Part shown: one piece after another, positions 1-13,100 of the stretch
Numbering within the stretch: position 1 is the stretch's first letter
How the letters are laid out: each line of letters opens with the position of its first letter
Origin: Paramecium tetraurelia
Lineage: Eukaryota
Length of the DNA: 64,000 nt
Reading direction: 5' to 3'
Assembly: GCA_000165425.1 (NCBI GenBank)
Contig: CT868063.1
Span: 1 to 64,000 of the forward strand
Position numbers and translations under genes: made by a program
Notes under the pieces: model-generated
The model's input: only the letters and a program-made list of their open reading frames with translations
Databases searched by the model: none
Told to the model about the DNA's origin: nothing

Positions 1-80
1 ACCCCAAACCCAAACCCCAAACCCAAACTTAAACCCAAACCCAACCCAAACCCAAACCCAAACCCAAAACCCAAACCCAA
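1..80 (+). repeat. Telomeric repeat tract (C-strand, mostly CCCAAA units); macronuclear chromosome end
   Basis: 13 units at the sequence start: 7 perfect CCCAAA plus C4A3, C3A2, C3A4 and CTTAAA variants; Paramecium telomeres are CCC(A/C)AA. Confidence 0.95.
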
Positions 81-352
81 GTAACAGAGGTAATTTTATT
101 TTATATTCAGGATTACTTCTACAAAAATTATATAAAGATATGGATGCACTTTCAAGTTTTGAGCAAGCCCTTAAAATACAAACTAGTGCTCCACGATTTA
201 AATATAAAGGTAAATTAATCTATAAATCTTTTTTAGCTAATTCATTATTTGAATTACGGAGAAAATCAGAAGCTAAATATTTTTATTTAGTTGCATAGGA
301 ACTGGGTTGAGGTCAGGATGCTTATATAAAAAGTTAACTATCACAGTTATGA
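81..352 (+). pseudogene. 3' remnant of a TPR-repeat gene truncated by the telomere
   Basis: Introns 90-110 and 210-236 give NRGLLLQKLYKDMDALSSFEQALKIQ...KANSLFELRRKSEAKYFYLVAQELG; TGA at 308-310, frame continues to TGA at 350-352; no 5' end. Confidence 0.7.
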
Positions 353-1330
353 AGTATTATATGGTGTTATATTCGAATATTTTATATACATTAAATGTAA
401 TAAACTAATATTGTGTGCTCTATATGTGAATATTTTGTAAAATATGATTCAGCGAATGAAGTGTCTGATAGTGATCATTTGAATTGACAATTAAGAATTA
501 TTGGAGTTTTTTTGTAAGCCAACAATAAATAATGTACAATTTCGAAATTTTAAAAGTTTGTTTTGAATTTTATTTAAGTTGAATTTTATTTATTATTAAA
601 AATTTAACAGTTAAAATGATATTTATTACCAAAATGAATGCAATATAAAAAAATAGAATATGAGATTCAGCATTTGGACTGCGTATATCAAAAACGGTTA
701 AATTAGGTTTTGCAATTTCCACAGAACAAACACTTTGATAAATACAAAATAATAATTTGAGAATTTCCCATCATATAAATTTAGTAGGTATATAAAGTCA
801 GTTAAATTTGATGGTAGAAAATAAAAAATTAAAATACTATCTTAATCACGATATGTATTCTTAAAATAAGGTTTGATTTAATAAAACATTCAAATTTCAA
901 TAGATGAGTAAGAATGTCAATAAAATGGCATTTATTTACAGAATAAAATTTTGCATTAAAGGATTCAAATACAAAGATTTCAATCATTCAACTTTTAATC
1001 TGATGTCTAATTTTTTTTTTTAATAGGGCTGAAAATTAGTTAGGTTTATAAATAACTATACAAATTGCATTATTCAGTGATTTCAATTCAAATAAAATAG
1101 ATTTAGGATGTTTAAAATTAAATTGAATTTTAAAGTTTCTCAGTATTTTTCTTGTAGGTTACCATCAAAAATGCATTAAGATTTATAATAATGGTGGTAA
1201 CAGTATAAATTCAGTAGTGTGAATTCTATTGAACATCAAATTTTAATTTTTTTGTCTAATATTTTTCCAATGAGATAGGCGTTAATATTATCTAATTCTA
1301 AATTGAGACAAGCACATTCTTAATATATTT

Positions 1331-3094
1331 TCAAATATTTTTTCCTGTACTAGAGGCACATGTTAGACAATTATTTTCTGCTGAACCAAAGCATGTCATG
1401 CACTTATAATGTCAAGCTTTTAATACTCAAAATAATTACGGGAACATTGTAATTAGCCTTTGTCATAATATCCATTTGGACAAATACATGTTTACATTGA
1501 AAATTGCCGATAAGCATTTTCACATGTTAAGCAGTTACTATCCAAACCACCATAGCAAGTTTTGCATGTGAGATGACATTCTTTACACTCTAATTGCTTT
1601 TCATCACTATATTAATGAGAATTTTTGCACAGGCATTGAAAAGTGGTTCCTATTCTATCTCGTATTCTTGAAACTGGACAACTTGTACATTAATCTGATC
1701 CAGGTAAATTACAACTAGAGCATGTATTATGGCAAATTTCTGTAAATTTAATTATTTAATAACTTACTTTTACAAATGATATCGTTGATTCCAGTATCAA
1801 AATATCCTAAGTTGCATAAACACTGACTATCAGAAGTCAGAATACGATTAGACTAAGCTAAATTAAATAATTCAGACTAAAATTACTTTAACATTAAGTA
1901 GTCCCATCAATGTAATCTTATTCAACTGTTCTTGCTAAGCATTTACAATAACCAGCCACTAATTATTTTTAATATATTAGAGGGTCTCCACAATCAGTAC
2001 AGTCTTTTGGGTACGGGCCAACGCAATGGTAACATGATTTATAGCAATCTAAATTAAATAACTCCCAATTACATTAACAAACGATTTCGAAAACTCCAGT
2101 CACATAAGTTCTTTAACGGCAAATTGTGTTAAAAACAACAAAGTCTCTGATGCCAAATGACGAGCTTAAACCTGTGTTAGGTAGATTGGTTGTAAAAGAG
2201 ACATCTAATTGACTTCTAGTATGATATATTTCTAATTCAACTCTAAAAAACAATGTGTCATAAGAACTTTATGGGTCTCCACATATATACCAAGTCAAAG
2301 CATCTTAATTCGTAAACAAATATTTCCAAACCTAAACACCATCTATTCTTTCCTAGTTTGTTATAACCACCAAATAAAGCAGTAGCTAATTCATATTCAT
2401 TCTTATTTACATCCACATTATGTTGCTTCAGCAATTACAAAATCTACATTCCAGCCATCATACTATATTTCATTTACATTGAATTAGGTCCAACTTTTAT
2501 ATATTACTGACCAAAATATGCATTAAATAGTAGTATCAGTATATTTGCATAGTAAACATCCAACAGGACAAGCCTAAAAAGATATAATGACATCTCTAAT
2601 TCCCCAAGATGCCTTACAAAATAATCAAATTTATTACCTAATCAGTTGGTTAATTTAAATTACTACCGATCACAATCACGACTGAAGGACCAGAATGAAC
2701 TTGAGTTGCCGTCACAGGAGAGCATTCGTCACCTGCCTCATTTCCACACATTTAATTTCCCAAGTTTGGCACTATTCTAGCCGAGTAGGCGATATTCTAA
2801 TCAAACATAATAGTAAATAAATGATTAGCCCATGAATCAATTCTAAAATATTGATAAATCTTACTTGCAAAATAACAATTCCACAGTTACGTAACAATGA
2901 GGTGGAAGTTCAATAGTCTTTGTAATACTTGCTGTTGCTCCAACAACATTATACCATCCAAATAATGTTTTATCTTCACATTAAGTGATTTATGGCTAAG
3001 CTCCAATTACAATCCATTCTAAATTTGAATGAATTTCATAATTACCATCTGCATCAGAAAAAGTACTTGATTAACATGTTTTCGATATCACTTA
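1331..3094 (-). pseudogene. Cys-rich (furin-like CxxC repeat) surface protein, disrupted; 5' end lies in the gap
   Basis: LPPHC..IDSW..SWGIRD domain, then CHNTCSSC, CHLTCKTC, CHYKCMTC repeats with tiny introns; internal deletion/frameshift near 2345; premature TGA at 1331-1333; decayed remnants further toward ~600. Confidence 0.75.
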
Positions 3095-3244
3095 NNNNNN
3101 NNNNNNNNNNNNNNNNNNNNNNNNNNNNNNNNNNNNNNNNNNNNNNNNNNNNNNNNNNNNNNNNNNNNNNNNNNNNNNNNNNNNNNNNNNNNNNNNNNNN
3201 NNNNNNNNNNNNNNNNNNNNNNNNNNNNNNNNNNNNNNNNNNNN
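3095..3244. other. Assembly gap (N run)
   Basis: 150 N. Confidence 1.
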
Positions 3245-4437
3245 AATATAATTTAACTTAATCTCATCTACTATCAGTAATATCTTAATATACAGTGAAT
3301 AATTATTATAATAACTCTCTTTAATGTTTTCATAAATTAAAATTATTTTTGGCTTTTAAAATTTAAAACTGGGATGAGACTTTGAATATTCTTACTAAAA
3401 ATTCCAATTCACTTCAAGTTGCAGAATTGACTGTTACATAATTATTCAAATTAGAAGACTCTTTCAAATTTGAAAGTATAATAGCTTTCTCTATAATTAC
3501 TCACACTAAAATTTCAGTTAACTAAAATAGCATTTCAAATTATCAATTTTACTCAGCCATCCTAAATGTCAGATTTACATTATATTCATAAAAGCAGCAG
3601 AAAATCCTGTATTAGAAGTATAATAGAGTTAATTTTTAGGATTTCAAATTAATGACTATGATTATCAAGTGTAAAAATGATAAATATTTATAATTATTCA
3701 AATTTAATTCTTAGGAATTAAATTAACTAATTATTAAAATTAGTTTAATTTAACTTTGAAAAAACAGAGGATATTTGTTCCTCAATAATAAAATTAATAA
3801 TCCCTCTAAACTTTTCAAAATCATCAAAATCGTAATTGCGATTCAAAATTTCTTCAAATGTGTATTAAGATATATTTATTTATTCTTTAATATTAATTTT
3901 TATATCATTGTAATAAATACTAGAATATGTGAACAATTGTCCATACTTGTACAATACCTTCAGTCAAATTAGATTCCAATTTATAATCTTGGAAACTCTG
4001 TGTATTTGGAATAAAAAAATCTATTAAAATAATATGAAAACTGAATCATCACATTCTTAGATGAAGCATTGAAATTTTTTCTTTAAAAAAAATTCTATAA
4101 TTTCAAATCCTTATTTGTCAATTATTCTATCAAATTCAACTTAAAAATTGTACCATTTGTTCATCTATTATTTTTAACATTCTATAATCTTTGGAAATGA
4201 CTCATTTAATGTTAAGATTGAAAATGAATTTGGAATATTGGCTAATTATTATTATTTGTTTACATCATTTTCAAATTATTTTAAACATATTAAATAATAT
4301 ATGAGTTTCGTATAATAGTTCTTATTGATTTGATGATTCTATATACATTTTTGTGTTTATAATTCGATGAATTTGAAGAAATTTATGTAACAGTCTCTTG
4401 ATCTTTTTAAAAAATATTTATAGGTCCTTTTTTTGGG

Positions 4438-4610
4438 NNNNNNNNNNNNNNNNNNNNNNNNNNNNNNNNNNNNNNNNNNNNNNNNNNNNNNNNNNNNNNN
4501 NNNNNNNNNNNNNNNNNNNNNNNNNNNNNNNNNNNNNNNNNNNNNNNNNNNNNNNNNNNNNNNNNNNNNNNNNNNNNNNNNNNNNNNNNNNNNNNNNNNN
4601 NNNNNNNNNN
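4438..4610. other. Assembly gap (N run)
   Basis: 173 N. Confidence 1.
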
Positions 4611-4949
4611 AAAAAAGTTCAGAATGAATATGAGATTTTACAAAAATTATGTTATAAACAAAAATGATAAATTCAGTGACAAGTTTCTTTAATGCATTAC
4701 AATATTTTATATAATGTAAAACTTGATTACAATCTTTAATTTGTTAATAAAATTACAACAAATTAAATATTTAAAATAAAGGTATAACGCTTGGTTCCCA
4801 TTAAAGGATTTATTTTTTCTCAAATAAAAAACTCTAGAAAAGGAAAAATCTTATTGATATTTAATAACTACAATTCAAACAAAATATTAAAATCATATAA
4901 CATTATTTTTTTAAATCAAAAAATAATATCATATTAATTTATTAAGAAT

Positions 4950-5283
4950 TAGGTGCCGAAATAATTTGAGGAGAATAAATGACCTTATTTCTGAAATATA
5001 ATCAAAATCTTCCTTCATCTTAACAGACTTAATATAAGAGAAAATTAGAAATTCTAACCTCATTATTAACTAGTTATTTCTAACACTAATGAGTGATAAT
5101 TTACATTTTAGTAATCGCTTAGAATAAGTATAAATGATTTTGAATATATTTTTCTCTCGGATTATATTATATTTATTGTTTTAGATTGAGGTTAGTGAAC
5201 TTTATTTATAATCTCAATATAAATATCCACTCTAATCCTTTGGATGTGGGAATTCATTAAATTTACTCGCAGCTTTAAAATGA
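4950..5283 (+). pseudogene. Possible decayed coding relic of unknown family
   Basis: Code-6 open stretch RRINDLISEIQSK...SFGCGNSLNLLAALK-TGA without a clear start; family not established. Confidence 0.25.
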
Positions 5284-5483
5284 TTTTAATAATTAATTAC
5301 CAAATAATTAAATATAAAATAAATGTGAATATTTTTTATATAAGTAACTAATGATATAATTTGAGTTTAGAAAACTAATTACAATTCATATGGTAACAAA
5401 CAGAAAGGTTTTTAAAATGATATTGAAATTTGCTTAATATTAGAGATTGTTTATAATTTAGTGAAATATTAAAGAATAATGTC

Positions 5484-6470
5484 TCATACAGTTTTATATT
5501 TACATCTCTTAATAATATTTTGATCCATTTTTTCCATAATATCGAGTCTTTTGTTAAAATAGTTCAAATAATTTTGACGAATTTGATTTTCATTTGACCA
5601 CCTTTCATTGTATTCATAAATGTAATATTAGAATTAAGTATAAGATTGGTCCTATTCATTATACAAATAATAATTTTATTGATTCAAATATACCGGAAAT
5701 AAGCTTCCGTTATAATTGACAGCTTGTCCTTATATAGGAATTTATTTTTCGTTGCAGGAAAATAATACCAGCAAATTCTAATCCCATTGATAATCTTCAG
5801 TTTATTGATATGGCCATGGTAAGCATCCTGTTGAAGTTATATAATCATAAATCATTGTTTCATTTGTTCCCATCATTTTTAAATATTGATCATTCATAAC
5901 CCTTGCTACTGTAGTTAGAGTTCCATTTTTGTATTTTTAAATATAAAGCGAATATGCAGAGGAGATGTTTTTTTCAAACTCATCTATTGCTTATTCTGAT
6001 ACTACCTTAAAATTTTCTGGATTTAATTTAGTTTAATGCAGGCTATCAAAAGCCTACCCAAGTCGAGTATTTTATTGATCGAATAAATCTTTGATAACAG
6101 ATGCAGGTGTGTATGACCTTTCAATGGGTTCAAAATGAAAGATGTGAAAATTCTAACACTTATCATACCTCATAACCTTATAATTAAATGAATGAGGATC
6201 AATTGATAAACATCCAAGTTGATAATCGTAATTAAATGGTTAAGGCATTTAAATATTAGAATTCAGTCGAAAGACTATGTTTGATGGAACTGAAGGTGGT
6301 AAAATTTGCGAAATTTTTGATATCGATTTTAGAATAGATAAGTCGATTTTGCTTCCGAATGGGAATTCAACCGTGTACTGATTTTTTCGTTTTTGCTTTC
6401 TAATGGATTTAGTAATCAACTCTTTTTTCTCTTCATTTTTTTTTTTTTGGTTTTACAAGATCAATGACAT
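5484..6470 (-). CDS. Hypothetical protein (328 aa, intronless)
   Basis: Code-6 ORF MSLILQNQKKKNEEKKELITKSIRKQKRKNQYTVEFPFG...RCKYKTV-TGA. Confidence 0.8.
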
Positions 6471-6586
6471 TTTAAACAAATTATTTATAAAAAATTATCC
6501 AAATTGAGACGAACTTATGTTCCTATGTTTTAATATGAATTAAAACAAACAATAATAACCAAAATATATTAAATTCAAATATTATA

Positions 6587-8215
6587 ATGTTAACTGAAAA
6601 AAGCCTGGATGATAGCTTAAATGACTCATTGCAGCCATCATAGTTGAAGAATCTTGAAGAAGAGTTCGAGACTAATTAAATGATCAACCAAGAAAGCTCT
6701 GTCAAATTAGTAAATAACTCATCCTATAATTATGTTAAACCTTAATGTTCATATAGGTATACTTATTCATCCGAAGAACACTCATCAGATGAAGAGGAAT
6801 GTTAGTCATCAAAAATTTAATAACAACCATAATTTTTGACTTTTGGGTAAATAGATTCTAACATGGGGGAAATTAAAGAGTTGATTAAATAGCACAATTA
6901 TCAATAAGCTTATCAATAATTAGTTAGATTTCAAGAGGCAAAATAAGACTAATTGTCATAAGAAAATAAATAATATTTGCAGTACCTCTTCACCTAAATT
7001 TACTTTGGATTGCAAATGTATCGTGAAATGTTTTAAATTGCAAACTAAATCATCAATTATGATCGAGATTATGTTGATCATACATTAGATATGCTAATCA
7101 ATGCCTCTTTGCTGATTAATAATTTAGAACTAGCACTTTAATATTAGCTCTAATTGATTAATAGGTCAAATTATGACTAAAATGAGTAATTAAGACTTGG
7201 TAAAATTTACATGCTATTGGGAAAACCAGTGGAAGCATATTTTAGTTTTTTGGGTTCATATAAAGCTGGAAATTAAGAAGCGTTAGAATAATTAATCGAA
7301 ATCGGAAATGACGTGGATTAAAGGGCTTTTCCAGAACTTGCTTATAAGTATATTAATAACAAAAGCTAAAAAAACCATAAAGTGTTAGCAAAAACTCTGT
7401 TTACTCTTTCAAAAATTGAGTACCCAAACAAAACCTCCTTACAGCATTAAGAATAAGGATATTCAATTTTAGTTTAAGTAAATGGGGTGAATGATTAAAA
7501 CACAATCAAAGCCCTATGTAATCTAGCATGTATGAGACTATAATTCTAATAATGGTAAGAAGCAGAAAAGGATTTTGAACTTTGCTTATAAATAATTTCA
7601 TAATTAGAAGGACAAGCTAATAAATAATTTATATTTTGTTTGTAGAAGCTTTCTTAATGCCAATATTAATCGAAAAAATATGAATAATCTTTAGAAACTC
7701 TTGAAAGATGCTTTAATTTATCTTCCTAATCAATGAATGTTATAAAGAAAGAATTTTTAGATAGATTACTTTTTAATATTGCATATGTAAAAATCACAAT
7801 GAAACAAAATTGTTCTGATACTTTAGCAAAATTAGTTACAACTTAGAATTCAGTATTGTTGAATGAAATTGGAATTATTTTATAAAAGCATGAATACATT
7901 GATGAAGCTATTGAACTATATAATGAAGCTTTGAATTGGAGCACAAATGATCAACATGTTTTAATTAGTTTTAACTTAGCAGGTTGTTATGGATTAAAAA
8001 AGGATTATACAAGGAGTGTTGATCTCTATAAATAATGTTCAATTGAGATGGATGATAGATTAAAGTGCGATATTGAACGTAAAATAAGTTAAGTTTACTA
8101 TTCCTGCTCGAAATTCAGAGAATCTTTATTTCATTTAAAAAGAGCATATCAATTAGCAAAGGAGTTCAATTTGGATTGTATTTCAGAAATTAAATAAGAA
8201 TTAAAAAAATTTTGA
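6587..8215 (+). CDS. TPR-repeat protein (~542 aa)
   Basis: ORF MLTEKSLDDSLN...; helical repeats such as LLNEIGIIYIKHEYIDEAIELYNEALNW and FNLAGCYGLKKDYTRSVDLYKQC. Confidence 0.8.
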
Positions 8216-8625
8216 TATTTATCTTTAAATAAATTACAATAATTTATTATATTTTAGGTTTGATCATATAATTCTAAATTATTGTTATCAAATAAATAAA
8301 TTATAAAGAAAAATTTAAGCACCTAATGATAAAAAAACTTATTTTTTTTTGAACCCTTTTTATAAGGTTTCACTGAATTAGAATAAAAACAACAAAATTA
8401 TTCAGTTTCAAAGATCCTTAGATGACTAGAAATAGTTATAACAACTTAATTAATAGCAGTGTATAAAGAGATCTAATGGTTCTTTGAAATTTAAAAATGT
8501 TTTCTATTTTAATAATTTAAATTACTATTATGTAAATCTTATAATTATTTTATTTAACTTTGGAACAAAGTACAAAGTGATGTATATGAATGAAAGAATT
8601 TATATATAGATCTAAAATAATTTAT

Positions 8626-10064
8626 TCAAATTTCGGTCTCTAGATTCTCTGGATTTAAAATACATATATTTTTTGTGTTGGCTTAGAGCTTAAAGAATAG
8701 GTTATAAATCTTAGGACTCTATGTGTAATAATTGGTTTATGCTCTTGAAGATGTTGTCGGCGAATATAATGTACTTTTAACAGCGCCTAGAGTATCTCTG
8801 GAAGAGAGAGCAATTTCTGTTTTGATTTTACGATGAGACTTTTACAAATCTAATTAAAATGCACTTTATTCTTTTTATTTTATGTTGGATTTTAATCTTC
8901 CCTAATTTAACCTATCTAAAAATTATCTTAATCTTGGATTTCTTTGATTTAATTTTTCAACTACTGATTGGCTGCTTTCGTTTTCTATTAATTAGATTCT
9001 ATAGTTCAATAAATTTGTAAGTTCTTTATTTCTTTATTAGTATAATTCTTTAATATCTTCATTATCAATTAAATTCTTTGATCTTATTCGAACATGCGGG
9101 GAATGAAAGGCAAATTTTGGTTTAGAAGGTGATGAACTAAATTAGAATTCGAGATTTTATTTATTTTGTATAATCATTGAGGAGTACTTTTAAACTCTGT
9201 TATTGATGTTTTCATTTATCATTAAATTAAATGATTAATTTTTTTAGAGCAGAAAAAAAAATTACACTTTTGGTATTTCCAATATTTCTGAGTGGGTTGA
9301 AATGCAGGATATTCTATAAGTTCTCCTTTATTTTTTTATAATTTCCTATTCTCCAAAATAATTTCCTCTTGATAATATTAGTAACGGTTTGTATAATTCT
9401 TTATACTTGTAAGATATTTAAAAATCTCCTTCTAAAATGATAAACCAAGATTAAGGATCATCGCCTATGTCGAAAACGATTTAATTGTTTAGATAATTTA
9501 ATGTATTACTGCGTTGAATAATTTACTCAATAAAACTAAAATTTAATATATCTTATGTACTTAGGCGACATATCTTGAAATTGTGAAAATGACAAGATAT
9601 TATTAATCAATGATTTCTTAAGTTTTCTCTTTTTGACAAATTTATAAAAATCATCTTAGTGAATGTAACAGATTAAACTTTCTTTTTGTGCTATGTAATT
9701 GTATTTGGATGATTATCTTGATAAAAAGAATTCTTCTCCTAATATTTATTTTTCGATGATTTCAATTTGGTTTTTATCTTTTTTCGAACTATTGCGTATA
9801 ATCATTCCTGAAAAGAAGATGTACAATGAGTTTACAGATTTTCCAGCTTCGATAATATATTCTTAAGGTGTAAATACTCTATAAGCAATATTCTAAATGA
9901 GACGGTTGAAAAATGATGCTCCTTGAGTTTCTTAAAAGTCTTTTATAATTTAAAAATCCAAAAAATATTCTGTTAACGCCTGATAGTCTCTGTTGCTATC
10001 ATTAAGAAGTGAAATAAGATGATCCATCTTTATATGAATAGAATTTTACTTTAGGAGTCGACAT
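8626..10064 (-). CDS. Cyclic nucleotide-binding domain protein (two CNBD-like repeats)
   Basis: FTPQEYIIEAGKSVNSLYIFFSG and VFDIGDDPQSWFIILEG...GNYFGEQEII..RRTYRISC; 22-nt intron after codon 5. Confidence 0.75.
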
Positions 10065-10102
10065 GGTAATAAATTAATATATTTATATTATTATTAATAA
10101 AA

Positions 10103-13100
10103 TCAAATTACATATTTAAACTTGGGCCTGTCTTGTCTTAAAGGATAGTGTGGAGGCTCTTAATAATCTATTTAAGAATATGAAAACTCTTCTAATTAGT
10201 TATTATTATTACCTGAATCTTTTTCGACTTTATTTGGGTCATCGTTTAGAGAATCCTCTTCATCTATAGCTTCTAATTTTACGTCTTCTTAAATTTCATC
10301 CATTTTGCTTTTTTGCATTTCAAATTTGATTTCATTCTCTAGGTTCTAAGAATTATTTTATAAACTAGCACTGTTATCGAGAACATATTGTGTTCCTATT
10401 TTTTCTGCTTGCTTTTCCTTTTCTCTTTCCACAAAACATTGTAAATGATACTCAATCTTAATGTTAGATGGTCTAACAAATTCACTTTTGTTTTCATAAA
10501 ATTTCTTAATGGCTAAGGCTTAATTAAAACCATGTTGCTTAACAACTGCTGGTCTTACAGTCAAAATGGTGAATAATGAACTTATTATAGTTACAATAGC
10601 TTTAATCAAAGTCAGAATTATCCATCCACTTAAAAACCAATATGGATCAGTATTGTCAAATTTTTATTACTTGATGTAATTGAACTCTCTTGAAAAGAAA
10701 CTAATAAAAATTATTAAAAACAATTCTATAGTTAAAATTCTATATGTTTCGACTATTATTTCATAATTTATTTTGATAGCTTTAGTTAGTTAATACCCTT
10801 AGACTGGGCATAATGAAACTAATATATCACTTAAAACATAGTAGCTTTAGTAATGGAAATTTCTTTATAATAAAGACAGGTAGAAAGCCTAGTCTTTTCT
10901 TGGTGTTGCCATCATGAATTTGATTAAATTAATTATCGAAATTAAAAGTGTTTCTCCATATCTCAGCAGAATAATAATCCCAAGAATATATTTATAAACT
11001 TGCAATTTAAAATAAACTGGTTCATAATCTAAGCCATCATCTGTTAGCACTAACAAATATGATAAAAATATTCTTTCAGGGAAAGTTCCTATTTTACTGA
11101 GAATTGAAAATAACATCAAAAATAGTTCTTTTTGATGTGGAAATTAAGAGTGAAGATATTTTAATAATGATGGATGCACTATTTAAAATGCAGGCTAAAT
11201 TTTTCTTCTCAACGTAACAGTAACAATAATTTATGATATTTCAATCGCAATTGTTGATGCAAATACGATGACGAAATAATATACATCGCTAATAAAGTTT
11301 GAGTAACCAAAATTTTTACACTCTTCCGTCTAGTGTTTCATATCAACAGGACATGTTTAATTATAATCTATCAATATAGTATCTAATGGTTTTTATTGAC
11401 TACTTAGAATCTATAAAAATTATAACAAGTTAATTGCAAGGAAAGTAATCCAAAATATCATAACAATTATTTTAATATTAATATTATTTCTTCGGAATTT
11501 CCCAATAAAGAGTGTACTAACTATGAACTAAGGAGGCTCTATCTAATCCAAATAAGCCATCAGCTTATTAATTTTATGGATCAACCAGGATCCACACATA
11601 CCTCCTATAATCTACTGGACACCCACTTGTGAGTCAAGTTAATTGTTTGGAACTCCAAATACCTCGGCTTTACTATTTTGCTTCTTTATAACATTGATTT
11701 CAGTTGGAGGATATAAAAAATTACGAAATCTGAGGGTTAGATATCTAAGCAAGCCATCATCAAATAATTTTCTTGTTTCTTGAGAATCTGTTATGTACAT
11801 AGCTTTTAACTAATGCCTTTCATAACTTGTATCAAATAAATGAAAAAATAAATAAACTTTTCCATACATTGTGATGAAAGGGTTATCAGAAATATCAATA
11901 AATTCAATAAAGCCTAACATTGGATAATATTTTCCTAGAACCTCACAAAACTTATCAGTTAAATTGGATCTTTATATCTAAATTTCCTTTAAAAACTAAG
12001 GAATAGCAGATTATTCTAATTTATAGGTTTATCCTATCCTAGTATATTGTTGTAATATTATATCGGCATCACTGTCATCCAATTCTGACCATATATTATC
12101 AATGAATAGGTTTCTTATTTTAAATATTATCTAAGCCAATTTCTTTAAACCTATTCTTGTGAAATTGTTATCTCTGAGCATAATAAACTCTAAATTACTT
12201 AATTCTTTATTTTAGATTTACTCATATAATTTTAGAACCCAAATATCATCCAATTTATTACTGCTAATATTGATAGTTCTAATAGTTTGGTTAGCAAACA
12301 TTCCTTCAAAAATTAAAATCATTCCATTGCTTGTAAATAGATTATTCTGTAAATATAATTCCTTCATTTTCGTTGAGCTTTGAATGATTTATTTTAATTG
12401 TTATCCTACGTTATCACCTAATTAATTATTGCTTAAGCTTAAACTAAGTATATGCTAAAAGGAGTAATTATCTTTATATAGTTGTTGGCCTTGTAAAATA
12501 TCTTTGAATAAATCTATTTGTAAATGACAGTTGGCTAAATTTAAATACCTTAATTTAATATTTTTGCCATTCATGTTATTTAATATTCTTGGAATAAACA
12601 AATCTAAAATTGATTGCTTATCCAACGGGTTTTCTGCTAAATTTAATTCCTCTAATCTGCAAGTTTAAGCATTCTCCAAAGCCGATGTTAAGAAATTATC
12701 TAAATTATTCTTAATCTAATTCTTTGCGATTTCCAAGACTTCCAAAGTTTTATTTTATGAAACTGCTATACCTAAAGGTGTAAGATTCAGGAATCCTAAA
12801 TTACAATCGTTTAACATAAAATTCCTCAATGAAGAATTATTACTTATCCCTAAACATAAACTATTCAACCATAATTGTTATAATTTATTTTAACTCAAAT
12901 CTAAAGTGTTTAACTTAAATTATGACTATATAACTTACATTGCAGCATCCAATTTTGGAAAACCAATCTTGAAGAGCATTAACGAAACAGTCCGCTAAAG
13001 ATACCTAATTTAATTTTAAAATCCTTAAATTTTTCAATTTCGATATTAAACTAATAGTACCTTCTAAATCCTTATATATTGTAGGATTGTAATTAATTGC

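Noticed and set aside
308..310. In-frame TGA as selenocysteine or readthrough
   Set aside because: It lies in a 5'-truncated fragment with no redox motif or recognisable SECIS; a nonsense change is simpler.
4428..4437. TTTTTTTGGG before the second gap as an internal telomere seed
   Set aside because: Only one unit, next to an N run; cannot be told apart from chance or low-quality sequence.
5484..6470. Suspected Euplotes-type programmed frameshifts at A-runs (also near 26660)
   Set aside because: On careful re-reading both genes are continuous in frame under code 6.
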